Assembly: GCA_038128265.1 (NCBI GenBank)
Contig: JAYPJE010000019.1
Coordinates: forward strand, 10,937-74,936
From: Gemmatimonadota bacterium
GTDB lineage: Bacteria; Latescibacterota; UBA2968; UBA8231
Direction: 5' to 3'
Length of the DNA stretch: 64,000 nt
The notes below the pieces were generated by a model. It was given only the letters and a program-made list of their open reading frames with translations, did no database searches and was not told the origin of the DNA. How positions within the stretch are numbered: the first letter of the stretch is position 1; every line of letters begins with the position of its first letter. The position numbers and the translations under genes were made by a program. Shown in pieces: positions 39,556-50,232 of the stretch.

Positions 39556-40413
39556 ATGCAGATCTTGCTCAATACCATTCTCATTGAACCCAACCGCCAC
39601 ACCGCTGACAAGACGCCGCAGCGACCGCTGATCGAACACCTACCCGCCCTGCAGCGAGCCGGTTTTAGCGCATTGGAAATTTGGCAATATCACGCCTCGG
39701 CCCTCGACGCGCGCGGCCTCGGCCAGCTGTCGGCTCACCTCGATGTATGCGCCCTGCGCGCCGCCGCCCTGGGCGCCTATCCCTTCCTGCACTTAGAAGG
39801 CCCCGAAGGCGACGAGGCCATCGCCCAACTGGGACGCACTGTGGCTTATGCGGCGCATCTCGGCGTAGACATATTTAAGATCTTCCCCGGGCGCGTCGCC
39901 AGCCACCAGCTCGATGCCGCTGCGCGCACGCGCTCCGTGCACAACCTGCGCGAACTAGCGCAGCAGCTGGCCGCGCGCTCCATACAGCTCACGCTGGAAA
40001 CGCACGGCAATACGCTCTGCGACACCCGGGAGAGCACGCTCCAACTGCTCGACGAACTGCGCGACCTCGACAACGTCGGCATCTGCTTCCAGCCCTACAC
40101 GAATCAAGATACCAATGCGGCCATCGCCTTATACGATGCGCTGGCACCGCACGTCCTGCACGTCCACCTACAAAATCGCGCCCTTGCCAACGGCACCTGT
40201 ACCCTGCTGGAAGAGGGCGACTGGCTCGACTATCGCTGCCTGCTCCCGCACATTCGCGACAGCGGCTTTGACGGCCCGCTCAGCCTAGAGTTCACCGCCG
40301 ATATGGCCACGCCCAACAGTCCGCAGGCCGACCTCAACCGCATATTGGACAACGCCGCGCGCGATCGCGACTTCGCCCTATATACCTGGGGAGTGCAGGA
40401 CGCATCAGCGTAG
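39556..40413 (+). CDS. Sugar-phosphate isomerase/epimerase (TIM barrel)
   Basis: GFSALEIW, LTLETH, HVHLQN, GFDGPLSLEF. Confidence 0.75.
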   Translation: MQILLNTILIEPNRHTADKTPQRPLIEHLPALQRAGFSALEIWQYHASALDARGLGQLSAHLDVCALRAAALGAYPFLHLEGPEGDEAIAQLGRTVAYAAHLGVDIFKIFPGRVASHQLDAAARTRSVHNLRELAQQLAARSIQLTLETHGNTLCDTRESTLQLLDELRDLDNVGICFQPYTNQDTNAAIALYDALAPHVLHVHLQNRALANGTCTLLEEGDWLDYRCLLPHIRDSGFDGPLSLEFTADMATPNSPQADLNRILDNAARDRDFALYTWGVQDASA

Positions 40414-40467
40414 CGATACGCCCCCTGTCTGAGCGCGTAATCGAAGCGGTCTGACCATGGGCCGATA

Positions 40468-40496
40468 TTGACATATCTATCTGTTTATGATAGAAT
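40468..40496 (+). promoter_or_regulatory. Sigma-70 promoter of the ppk1 operon
   Basis: TTGACA-N17-TAGAAT with extended -10 TG. Confidence 0.75.
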
Positions 40497-40540
40497 TTAG
40501 ACACTAAAAGGCCCGCTCACATCACCGCCTGAGACTCCCC

Positions 40541-42649
40541 ATGACCGCCGAGATAAAACGCGCGATTGCCCCTGAGATCGACCTCAACAAACCCGAGCTA
40601 TACATCAATCGCGAGCTCTCCTGGCTCGACTTTAACTTCCGCGTTTTAGAAGAGGCGCAGGACCCGCGCAACCCGCTCTTGGAGCGGGTCAAATTCCTCG
40701 CCATCGTCGCCAGCAACCTAGACGAATTCTTTGAGGTGCGCGTGGCCGGCCTCCTTCAGCTACACGAATCGGGCGCCGATCCCACGCGCCCGGACCGCCT
40801 TACCCCAGAGCAACAGTTGGTAGAAATAAGCAGCAAAGCCCAAGGCATGGTCGCCGAGCAGTATCGCTGCTGGAACGAAGCGCTGCTTCCGGCCTTGGCC
40901 GACGAGGGCATCCGCTTCTGGGAGGCGCGCCATCTACAGGGCGACCACCTCGCCTTTGTACAGCGCTACTGGCGCGAGGAATTGGAGCCCATTCTAACGC
41001 CCATCGTGGTCGACCCGGCACACCCCTTTCCCAGCGTAATCAACAAGGCGCTGAGCATTGGCGCCCTGCTGCAGATCGGCGGCCAAACGCTCATGGGCGT
41101 CGTTACCGTGCCGCGCGTGCTGCCGCGCATTCTGCGCCTGCCCGACCGCGACGGGCGCCAGCATTTCGTCACGCTGGCCGGCGTAATGGACCTGCAAATC
41201 AGCGAACTGTTTCGCGGCTACGACGTCATCGCCTCAGCGCCCTTTCGCGTAACCCGCAATAGCGAACTCTACTTGAATGAGGAAGAGGCCGACAACCTGC
41301 TCGAGGAAATCGCCGAGCAGGTTAAAAACCAGCGCCAGGCCGATGCCGTGCGCTTGGAAATCTCCACCAGCGCGTCCGCAGAACTCGTGCACCGACTGCA
41401 AAACCAGTTTGACATCGACGACAGCCTCACCTATCGCACGGACGGTCCGGTCAACCTACATCGCCTGATCACGCTCTACGACCTCGTCCAGCGCTACGAC
41501 CTGAAGTATCGCTCCTTCGCGCCGGTCGCCTTGGACATGCCGACCGAGCCAGCGCCGTTTTTCGAGGCTATCCGCAAAAAAGATGTGCTCTTGCACCATC
41601 CCTACGATGCCTTTTCCACCGTTATCGACTTTATTCGCATGGCCGCCAGCGACCCACAGGTGTTAGCTATCAAGCAGACGCTCTACCGCACCGGCGACGA
41701 CTCGGCCGTAGCGCAGGCGCTGATTCGCGCCGCCGAGCGCGGCAAAGAGGTGACGGTCCTAGTCGAGCTCAAGGCACGCGGTGACGAAGCCGCCAATATC
41801 GAATGGGCGCGACGCCTCGAGGATCGAGGCGTGCACGTCGTTTACGGAGTTATGGGACTCAAAACGCACTGCAAGCTATGCATGCTAGTGCGCCGCGATC
41901 AGGATCGCCTGCGCCGCTACGCGCATATGGGCACCGGCAACTACAACCACGTCACCGCGCGCTTTTACACCGACCTGGGCCTGATCACCGCCCGCGATGA
42001 TATAACCGCTGAAGTCGCCGAAGTATTCAACCTGCTGACCACGCACAATCGCAAGACCCAATTTGATAAGTTGCTCGTCGCTCCCTCGGGCCTTATGAAG
42101 GGCATACTCGAGCGCATTGACCGCGAGATTGAGCACGCCGAAGCCGGCCGGCCGGCCGCAATTATCGGCAAAATGAACGGACTCATGGACCAGGCCATTA
42201 TGCAGGCGCTCTATCGCGCCTCGCAGGCCGGCGTGCAGATCGACCTAATTGTGCGCGGCATTTGCTGCCTGCGCGCCGGCGTCGAAGGCGTCAGTGACAA
42301 CATTCGCGTCTACAGCATCATCGGACGCTTCCTAGAGCACAGCCGCGCGTTTTACTTTGCCAACGGCGGCCAGGAGGAAATATGGCTCGGCAGCGCCGAC
42401 TGGATGAATCGCAACCTGCGCGGGCGCGTTGAAGTCGTCTTTCCCGTCGAGGACGAGGATCACAAGCGGCGCATCTACCACGACCTTATTGAACTGGCCC
42501 TCAACGACCGCAGCAAAGGGCGTCAGATGCAGGCCGATGGCACCTATATGCGGCGTAAAATCAGAGAAGACGATCCCGTATTTGGCATGCAAGAGCAGCT
42601 AATGGACATGGCAAACGGCCTCTCCCTTTCCGAGGACACCCCGCGTTAG
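40541..42649 (+). CDS. ppk1: Polyphosphate kinase 1
   Basis: YINRELSWLDFN.RVL, NLDEFFEVRV, HPFP, LLHHPY, KQTLYR, KTHCK, GTGNYN, GRFLEHSR, SADWM.RNL. Confidence 0.96.
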   Translation: MTAEIKRAIAPEIDLNKPELYINRELSWLDFNFRVLEEAQDPRNPLLERVKFLAIVASNLDEFFEVRVAGLLQLHESGADPTRPDRLTPEQQLVEISSKAQGMVAEQYRCWNEALLPALADEGIRFWEARHLQGDHLAFVQRYWREELEPILTPIVVDPAHPFPSVINKALSIGALLQIGGQTLMGVVTVPRVLPRILRLPDRDGRQHFVTLAGVMDLQISELFRGYDVIASAPFRVTRNSELYLNEEEADNLLEEIAEQVKNQRQADAVRLEISTSASAELVHRLQNQFDIDDSLTYRTDGPVNLHRLITLYDLVQRYDLKYRSFAPVALDMPTEPAPFFEAIRKKDVLLHHPYDAFSTVIDFIRMAASDPQVLAIKQTLYRTGDDSAVAQALIRAAERGKEVTVLVELKARGDEAANIEWARRLEDRGVHVVYGVMGLKTHCKLCMLVRRDQDRLRRYAHMGTGNYNHVTARFYTDLGLITARDDITAEVAEVFNLLTTHNRKTQFDKLLVAPSGLMKGILERIDREIEHAEAGRPAAIIGKMNGLMDQAIMQALYRASQAGVQIDLIVRGICCLRAGVEGVSDNIRVYSIIGRFLEHSRAFYFANGGQEEIWLGSADWMNRNLRGRVEVVFPVEDEDHKRRIYHDLIELALNDRSKGRQMQADGTYMRRKIREDDPVFGMQEQLMDMANGLSLSEDTPR

Positions 42650-42662
42650 AAAGGCCATCCGC

Positions 42663-44180
42663 ATGCACAACCAGACGCGCGACCCGCATATACAGCTGGC
42701 CCAGCTCAGCAGCGATCTCGTCGATACGACGCCGAGGATTGGCATTGTTCTGGCCGCCGGCCACGGCAAGCGCATTCGCTCCGAAACGTCGAAGATGCTG
42801 CATGAGATCTGGGGCGAGGCGACCGTGCTGCGCGTAGCCAAAGCCATACAAAAGGGCCTCGATAGCCCCAACCAGATCATCGTCGTCGGCATCAAGGGAC
42901 TGGACGTGGCCGAAGCGACCGGCCGCCAGGCGGGCCGCCGCTTCGCCTATCAGGAGAATCCCGTGCTCGGCCTGCCCGCCGGCACCGGCGATGCCGTGCG
43001 CGTCGCTCTCAGCGAATTTGCGCCCTCATCACAGGAGCGCGACATCTATATCTTTCTCGGCGATATGGGCCTGCTCACCGGCGAAGTTGCCGCGCAATTT
43101 CGCCGCAGTTTCGAGCAATCCACCTGCGACATGATGGTGCTGACCGGCTCCTATAGCGGGCCGAGCAGAGAAAACTACTACGGGCGCATCGTGCGCGTTC
43201 CAGCATGCGATGCCAGTGGCGAGCCCTCTGGCGAGGACGAGGGTAAGGTCATCGAAATAAAAGAGCACAAAGATATTCTCCGCCTCGAAGAGGGCGTGAT
43301 GCACCAGGTTCAGTACAACGGACGCGTCTACGAACTCTCCCGCGACCAGCTGCTGGAGACGCGCGAGATCAACACCGGCGTCTTTGCCTTTAAAGAGCAT
43401 GCGCTGCGCCGCTATATCGAAGAAGTCGACACCGACAACGCACAGGGCGAAGTCATGCTCACCGACCTAGTCCATATTTTTAACCGCCACGCCCTTGTCG
43501 TGCGCGCCGCTGTTGCAGCGCGCGAAGAAGAAATTCTCGCCTTCAACGTCAAGAGCGTGCTCAGCCAAATGCAGCGCATCGCTCGCCGGTGGGCCTACGA
43601 TCGCCTCAAAGACACCATTACCATTGCCGACGACGACGACTTTTTTATCGCCGAAGAGGTCATCGAGCACATCCTAGCGCTCGATCGAGATCGCGGACCG
43701 CTCGACATCGTAGTGGGCAAAGGGGTGCATATCGGACCGCAGGTGCGCCTCAATCGCCGCGTGCATATAGGCGACCGCAGCCATTTGAGTGGCCATATCG
43801 ACCTGGGCGAAGACGTCTTTATCGGCAGCAGCGTCGAATTGAGCACCTATCCGCACCAGCGTTTGACCCTCGGCGATCGAGTCGCCGTGCTCAACCGCAA
43901 CATTATCAAGGGCGATCTACAGATCGGCGAGGAGGCGCGTATTGAGTCGGGCGTCATACTTACCGGCAGCGACGAACATCCCATGCGCATAGGCCGCCGC
44001 GTCACTATCAAGGGCACGTCGTATCTCTACGGCTGCCAGGTCGACGACGACGTTTTTATCGAACACTCCGTGCTCAAGTGCAAACGCGTCGAACAGGTGC
44101 GGCGGCGCGACGGCCAAATCCAGCCCATCCGCTACGTATTGCCCCCACCCGAAGGGCTCGACTCTCTCGGCGACCTATAA
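42663..44180 (+). CDS. GlmU-like nucleotidyltransferase with hexapeptide (left-handed beta-helix) C-terminal domain
   Basis: LAAGHGKRIRS..SKMLH, GTGDAV, GDMGLL, YGRIVR, EINTGV, DNAQGEVMLTD; hexapeptide repeats. Confidence 0.78.
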   Translation: MHNQTRDPHIQLAQLSSDLVDTTPRIGIVLAAGHGKRIRSETSKMLHEIWGEATVLRVAKAIQKGLDSPNQIIVVGIKGLDVAEATGRQAGRRFAYQENPVLGLPAGTGDAVRVALSEFAPSSQERDIYIFLGDMGLLTGEVAAQFRRSFEQSTCDMMVLTGSYSGPSRENYYGRIVRVPACDASGEPSGEDEGKVIEIKEHKDILRLEEGVMHQVQYNGRVYELSRDQLLETREINTGVFAFKEHALRRYIEEVDTDNAQGEVMLTDLVHIFNRHALVVRAAVAAREEEILAFNVKSVLSQMQRIARRWAYDRLKDTITIADDDDFFIAEEVIEHILALDRDRGPLDIVVGKGVHIGPQVRLNRRVHIGDRSHLSGHIDLGEDVFIGSSVELSTYPHQRLTLGDRVAVLNRNIIKGDLQIGEEARIESGVILTGSDEHPMRIGRRVTIKGTSYLYGCQVDDDVFIEHSVLKCKRVEQVRRRDGQIQPIRYVLPPPEGLDSLGDL

Positions 44181-44218
44181 AAAAGCGCCCCGGCCACCGT
44201 TTGGGCGACCGAGACGCT
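44179..44218 (-). terminator. Probable rho-independent terminator
   Basis: Minus strand AGCGTCTCGGTCGCC-caaac-GGTGGCCGGGGCGCT (G-U pairs) followed by a T run. Confidence 0.65.
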
Positions 44219-44251
44219 CTGCTGCGCTTGGATGCGATTGACCTACGCCAA

Positions 44252-45223
44252 TTAGACGCCTAGCTGCGCCAGCAGGTCTTTGCGCATTTTGCACACCATG
44301 GTGTAAGCCGGATCAAATACGTTGCCCATATCGTACTCGACGCACTGGCCGAGCAGCTGGTGTGCGCTGACCGCATCCAACCCAAAACCATCCTCCAACC
44401 AGCGCAGCATTTCGCTCGTCGCGTGCTGCACGCACTGGTCTAACGGCCTGGCATTGCCAGCGGTAAAGATATGCGTCTCGTTTTCGCCGCGCGGCCAGCC
44501 GACGCCAGCATGCTTAACTAGGTCGACGCTGAAGGTGACGTCGAAGGAAATCTCGACGCCGGTGCCAACGATCTCGCCATCGCCCTGCACGGCGTGTCCA
44601 TCGCCCAGGTGGAAAAGCGCTCCCGGTGCCGACACCGGCAAATAGACTTTCACGCCCTGCACAAAGCCGCGATAGTCCATATTGCCGCCAAACGTCGACG
44701 AGGTCGCCGTGGAGATGGCCTGACCTCTGGGCGGGGCTACGCCGAAGCAGCCCACCATTGGGCACAGTGGCAGGACCAAGCCCTCGAGACGGGTCTGCGG
44801 CTTGGCCAGATGGACCGTTCCGGCGTCCAGATCTACATCCCAGCGGCACACCGGGTCGCTGCTCTGGCTGCCGTCGGGGTAGTGCGAGGTGATCATGTGC
44901 ATATCGCCGGGCACCTCTACTCCGGACACAAAGCCCGGATCGACGACGTTGGGCGCCACCGCCAAACCGGTCCAGCCCCAGTCTCTGTTGGGCCACAGTT
45001 TGTCAAACGTCACGACCAGCGCGTCGCCCTCTTCGGCCCCCTCGATGTAAAAGGGCCCCGTCATGGGGTTACCGCGCTCCGTGACCTGCTCGCCGCTGGC
45101 ATCGCGGCCGCGCGCGTCGACGGTGGTCGTGCTAACCGAATCGCCCGGCGCAACGCGCAGCACCGGTTCATGCCAGCCAATGGTGGTGTGGTAGTGGTCT
45201 GGTGTAAAATCGTGATGTGCCAT
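44252..45223 (-). CDS. Acetamidase/formamidase family protein
   Basis: HEPVLRVAPGD, NPMTGPFYIEGAE.GD, FGGNMD, GDGHAVQGDGE..GTGVE. Confidence 0.9.
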   Translation of the reverse strand: MAHHDFTPDHYHTTIGWHEPVLRVAPGDSVSTTTVDARGRDASGEQVTERGNPMTGPFYIEGAEEGDALVVTFDKLWPNRDWGWTGLAVAPNVVDPGFVSGVEVPGDMHMITSHYPDGSQSSDPVCRWDVDLDAGTVHLAKPQTRLEGLVLPLCPMVGCFGVAPPRGQAISTATSSTFGGNMDYRGFVQGVKVYLPVSAPGALFHLGDGHAVQGDGEIVGTGVEISFDVTFSVDLVKHAGVGWPRGENETHIFTAGNARPLDQCVQHATSEMLRWLEDGFGLDAVSAHQLLGQCVEYDMGNVFDPAYTMVCKMRKDLLAQLGV

Positions 45224-45231
45224 GGCTTCTC

Positions 45232-46284
45232 CTATCCCAACTTCACTTCTCTGCCGCTGCGCGCCGACTCGTAAATACCGTTGATGATCTCAACCGCATG
45301 GCGCGCGCTGTCGAGCGTAATAAGCGGATCGCGTCCCTCGGCCAGCGCCTCGTACATATCGATGACGATCTGCGTGTGGCCATTGAAGCCGACGGCGAGT
45401 GGATCGGACGAGCCGCTGACGTCCTTATTGGCTCCGTAAAGGGCGAGCAACTCCTTTTCCTCCTCGCCCTCGGCATCGCCCATCAGCTTCCAGCCTTCGA
45501 GCTCGCTGTGAATCTTGGAGACCGATCCCTCCGACCCGTAAATGGTGATGCGCTGATCGTAGCCGGGATAGCAACACGTCGTCGTGTAGAGCGTGCCCAA
45601 GGCGCCGTTTTTAAAGCGCAGCACGGCCGCGCTCTGGTCCTCCGCTTCAATTTCGTGACCAAAAATGCCGTACATGCCGGCCACTGCTTCGACCGGGCCG
45701 GCCAGCCATTGGAGCAGATCGACCGTGTGCACGCCCTGGTTCATCAACGATCCGCCGCCGTCCATATCCCAAGTGCCCTTCCACTCGCCGTGCGTTCCCT
45801 CGTAGTAGCTCTGCTTGCGGTACCAGGGCAGGTGGCCGTGCACCCCGATTAGCTTGCCTAGGCGTCCGCCCTGAATGGCATCGCGAATGCGCATGTTGAG
45901 CGGATCCAAGCGCGCCTGGAAAATCCCGGCAATTTTGACGCCGTGCTCCTTGCCTGCGGCGATGAGCTGATCGACGCGCTCGGGCTTTATATCAGCCGGC
46001 TTCTCGACGATCATGTGCTTGCCAGCGGCCGCCGCCTGAATACCCATCTCCGCATGCATACCCGACGGAGTGGCAATATTGACGACCTGCACCTCGTCGT
46101 TGGCCAATAGCTCGGAGAAATCGGCGTAGGCTTTGCAGCCGTATTCACTAGCCGTCGGCTCCAAGCGCTCCGGATCGCTGTCGCACACGGCGACCAAGCG
46201 CGCGCCGGGGGCAGCGTCTATTGCCTTGCAATGGTGACGCCCCATACCCAGACCGACTACGGCAAATCCCGTTTGTTCTGCCAT
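45232..46284 (-). CDS. Gfo/Idh/MocA-family oxidoreductase
   Basis: VVGLGMG, ATPSGMH, IVEKP, WKGTW..DGGGSLMNQGVH; ATG 46284. Confidence 0.9.
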   Translation of the reverse strand: MAEQTGFAVVGLGMGRHHCKAIDAAPGARLVAVCDSDPERLEPTASEYGCKAYADFSELLANDEVQVVNIATPSGMHAEMGIQAAAAGKHMIVEKPADIKPERVDQLIAAGKEHGVKIAGIFQARLDPLNMRIRDAIQGGRLGKLIGVHGHLPWYRKQSYYEGTHGEWKGTWDMDGGGSLMNQGVHTVDLLQWLAGPVEAVAGMYGIFGHEIEAEDQSAAVLRFKNGALGTLYTTTCCYPGYDQRITIYGSEGSVSKIHSELEGWKLMGDAEGEEEKELLALYGANKDVSGSSDPLAVGFNGHTQIVIDMYEALAEGRDPLITLDSARHAVEIINGIYESARSGREVKLG

Positions 46285-46312
46285 ACTTTTCCCTTCTATA
46301 CTGTGTAACCGA

Positions 46313-48868
46313 TTAAAAAATTGGAAAGACCCTGGGGCCTCCCCCTTCGGCGCGAATACACCCATTTACTAGCGCACCGGGGTTATCGCAAAACAGCTGC
46401 CGCGTGCGCCCCACCGTAAAGAGATACTTGCGCCCCGTCTGCAGCTCTTCGGTGCCGCTCTCTTCCTTTTGCTTCTGGGCTGCCGCGTGCAGGCGCATCG
46501 GCTTGTACTCGCGCAGTTCAAAGAGGTCGACGTAGTCTCCGCTCTCAAAGCCATCTATATAAGCTACCTGACCGCCATCGTCAACGCGCACAAAGAAATC
46601 CTTGAGGTTGTTGTTCCCCGTTAGCTTTTCAAGACTGGTCACCTTTAGGGCGAATGTCGGCTTTTCCTGATGGCGTTTTGCCTCTGACGCCACGACCAAT
46701 ACACCCACCAGTATCTCGCGCAGCCTCGCCCGGATGCGCGCGACCACCGATTGGGGTTGATGCACTTCCTGCATAACTTTCCACGCCTCGCTTACGACGT
46801 AGCTGCAGGCGGCGTCAAATACTTCACCCATTCCCTGCGATTCCAGTTCTTCGGGCGGAACATCGCCCAGTTTACCCACCTCGCTCACATCGTCAAACTC
46901 GAGCGGGTCTTCGCTGCACGCCAGTTGGAAGTCGGCCCGATTGCCAGCCCGACCAGCCGCGCTGAGGCGCGCGATATAGTCGCCGCTCTGCTTGACCAGC
47001 CCTTCGGCAAAGCGCGCGGCGCGAAACGCCTCCAGCATCGCCACCGTATCGGCATCGGCCCGGTCTCGCGCCTGACCGCGCAGTTCGTGTTCGACCTGAT
47101 CGGTCAGCGCGCGCAGCGCCTCCTCATAATAGGTGGTCGCCGATTCGTGCGTATACTGGTCGGGGTAATCTTGGGAAAAGTTGAAATTCACGCGCAGCGC
47201 CTCCAGGCGCACCAGCGCGGCCCCCGCGTGGTCGAGTATCGGGATCAGGGAAATCAGCTGTCTGCTGTTGGCATCGAGTGGCCGGCTGTGCCCCATCGCA
47301 TTCATAAAGGCGCGCACTTCGACCATGAAGTTGCGGTCGCGCTGCACGCCGCCAGCAGGCGCGTGTAGCATGTGCTTGATCTTCAGATAGCAGGCTACCT
47401 GCTTGACGTTGTTATAGGCTTTGTTGGCACTCGTTCCTTCTGTGCCGACCATGCGTGCCATCGTTCGCAAGTCGCCCACAGCAGACGTCGGGTCGACTAG
47501 AATTGCCCAGATGTGCTGGTCGAGTGGTTCAATAGAAGCGAGCAGCTTGCCGATATCCTTGGCCTTGCTGCCGACGTCGGATAGGGCAATTTCCTCGAGC
47601 TCTACCATATCAGCTGACGCGACATCAACATGTTCTCGCTGATGGCTCGTATCGATAAAACCCTCCCCTCCGCCGCCCGACGGCGCGCTCGGCAGAGACG
47701 GCGCACTGGCTGGTGCCGGGCTCTTGGGGTTGTCGACGGCACTGCGCATGAGCATGGCCCTGCGATCGTCGCCTTTCAGCGGCGCGCTGCTAGCGCTGCT
47801 GGCACTGCTCCCACCCCCTCCAGAGCTCTTGTGAACGACTGGATTGCGCGCCACTTCTGCGCGCCTTGCAACAACTTGCGCCTCTGCTACGGTTGGCACC
47901 ACCGACTGCATCGGCTTAAAGGCCGCAATCGCTTTTAGGCGCGTATCGAGTAGATCTTCGGCCTTCTCGATTGCTTTATCTTCACCCTCGTAGGCCTCAA
48001 AAGCCGCGTCTGCCTCAAGCTCGTATATCTTGTGCAGCGAAGCTTTGAAATGGACGATAAACGCGTCGATCGAACCCACCGGCTCCTCTACCGGTGCGCC
48101 GTCTTGGTGCGCATCAACATCGTCATCGTCATCGTCCCCATAATCGTCGTCGTCGTAGTCATCCTCTTCTTCTTCGATCGCTTCCTCTTCCTCCTCTTCC
48201 TCCTCGGCATCCACTTCTTCATCTGCCAGGTAGCGGTCCTCGTCATCAGACAGATACTCTACGTCTGCAGCCGCCCCCTCAAGACACATGTGGCGCTCCT
48301 CCAAGCACTGGCGCAAACTGGCCGCATAGGGCTGATCGCCCAGCGCCTTGACGCCCAGCTTGAGGATTTGATCAATGTCGTTGTGCCCTTCGAGAAAGGG
48401 CTTTATTACGCCCGCCAGGCTGATTTTGGCGACCGGCAACACCTTCGCCACTAGGATGGAAGCACACAGATCGAGGATATAGCGCTCGGCGACACCGTGC
48501 CTTTCGTGAGACGCGGTGCTCATGCAAATCCTTCGGTAAAACTTGAGCAGCGCGTTCTTGAATTTGCCGCCGCTCAAACGGCTGTCGTGGAGCGACTGTA
48601 CAAAGTGGATACAGTGGAGAATTTTGGGAACTTCCGCGCGAAACGCATCGATGTCGAGTCCGATGCGGATCGCGCGCATCTGCAATATGTACGGCACGTC
48701 GGGCATCTGCCGCGTGGCCAATACGATTGGGTGGCAGATCTCCTCCCAAACATCAATCACATCTTCTGGGTCGAGCTTGAGCAAATGGCACCACTGGCGC
48801 CAGACGTTGGCGGCTATATGGCTGTGGTTCTGTAGCTGCGACAGACCATCACTCGGTAATTTGCTCAT
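46313..48868 (-). CDS. Hypothetical 851-aa protein with central Asp/Glu-rich tract and Ser/Gly/Pro linkers
   Basis: Long uninterrupted ORF filling the gap between neighbours, with an RBS-like GGGGA; no family recognised. Confidence 0.75.
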   Translation of the reverse strand: MSKLPSDGLSQLQNHSHIAANVWRQWCHLLKLDPEDVIDVWEEICHPIVLATRQMPDVPYILQMRAIRIGLDIDAFRAEVPKILHCIHFVQSLHDSRLSGGKFKNALLKFYRRICMSTASHERHGVAERYILDLCASILVAKVLPVAKISLAGVIKPFLEGHNDIDQILKLGVKALGDQPYAASLRQCLEERHMCLEGAAADVEYLSDDEDRYLADEEVDAEEEEEEEEAIEEEEDDYDDDDYGDDDDDDVDAHQDGAPVEEPVGSIDAFIVHFKASLHKIYELEADAAFEAYEGEDKAIEKAEDLLDTRLKAIAAFKPMQSVVPTVAEAQVVARRAEVARNPVVHKSSGGGGSSASSASSAPLKGDDRRAMLMRSAVDNPKSPAPASAPSLPSAPSGGGGEGFIDTSHQREHVDVASADMVELEEIALSDVGSKAKDIGKLLASIEPLDQHIWAILVDPTSAVGDLRTMARMVGTEGTSANKAYNNVKQVACYLKIKHMLHAPAGGVQRDRNFMVEVRAFMNAMGHSRPLDANSRQLISLIPILDHAGAALVRLEALRVNFNFSQDYPDQYTHESATTYYEEALRALTDQVEHELRGQARDRADADTVAMLEAFRAARFAEGLVKQSGDYIARLSAAGRAGNRADFQLACSEDPLEFDDVSEVGKLGDVPPEELESQGMGEVFDAACSYVVSEAWKVMQEVHQPQSVVARIRARLREILVGVLVVASEAKRHQEKPTFALKVTSLEKLTGNNNLKDFFVRVDDGGQVAYIDGFESGDYVDLFELREYKPMRLHAAAQKQKEESGTEELQTGRKYLFTVGRTRQLFCDNPGALVNGCIRAEGGGPRVFPIF

Positions 48869-49068
48869 GCGTCCCCGCCCTCTCGGCGCACTAAATGCCA
48901 GCCAGCGACGTGTGCTTCATGCACGCGCGCGACCCGACCTCGCTACTTAAATATATCAAATAGGCGGCACCGCGTAAGCGAAAATACAGCGAATGCAGAA
49001 CAGATAAGATCAATAAAAACAGAAAGTAGACTACTTTTATGGAATTGTGATAAATGGACAGGCGGTCG

Positions 49069-49794
<726 letters not shown>

Positions 49795-49795
49795 G

Positions 49796-50200
49796 TTAGC
49801 GCCCTCGACCTCCCCCGCGACCGCCGCTACCCGCGCCGCCGCCGGAGCGCATCTTAAGACTTTCGAATAGCTCGAACTGCTCTTTGCTGAGGATATTGCT
49901 CACCGCGCCGTCCAGCGCGCCCTGCACCGCGTTGACCTTCTCCATAGCCGCCTGCGGATCGCTGGCCATGCCGCTCGTCAGTTCCTTGCGCTGGTCCCAT
50001 GCCTCCTGAAAAGCAAACTGCAGCGCCTTGAGCCGGTCTCCGCCTACTTTCAATTCAAAACAGATTAGCGCCCAGTCGCGATCCAGCGTGGCCAGCGGCA
50101 TGCCGCCGCGACCGCGACCGCGATTGCCGCCGCTCTGCGCCTGCACGTATGCAGTCCACGCAATGAGCGTAGCAAACAAGATCCAACTCACTTTCTTCAT
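49796..50200 (-). CDS. Small secreted/periplasmic helical protein with Gly/Arg-rich ends (Spy/CpxP-like LSxEQ motif)
   Basis: Signal peptide ending VQA; RGRGRGG and GGRGGGRGR tails; ILSKEQ; GGAGGAGG RBS. Confidence 0.7.
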   Translation of the reverse strand: MKKVSWILFATLIAWTAYVQAQSGGNRGRGRGGMPLATLDRDWALICFELKVGGDRLKALQFAFQEAWDQRKELTSGMASDPQAAMEKVNAVQGALDGAVSNILSKEQFELFESLKMRSGGGAGSGGRGGGRGR

Positions 50201-50232
50201 TTTGTCCTCCTCCGTCGCTAGCAGCGACTGGC

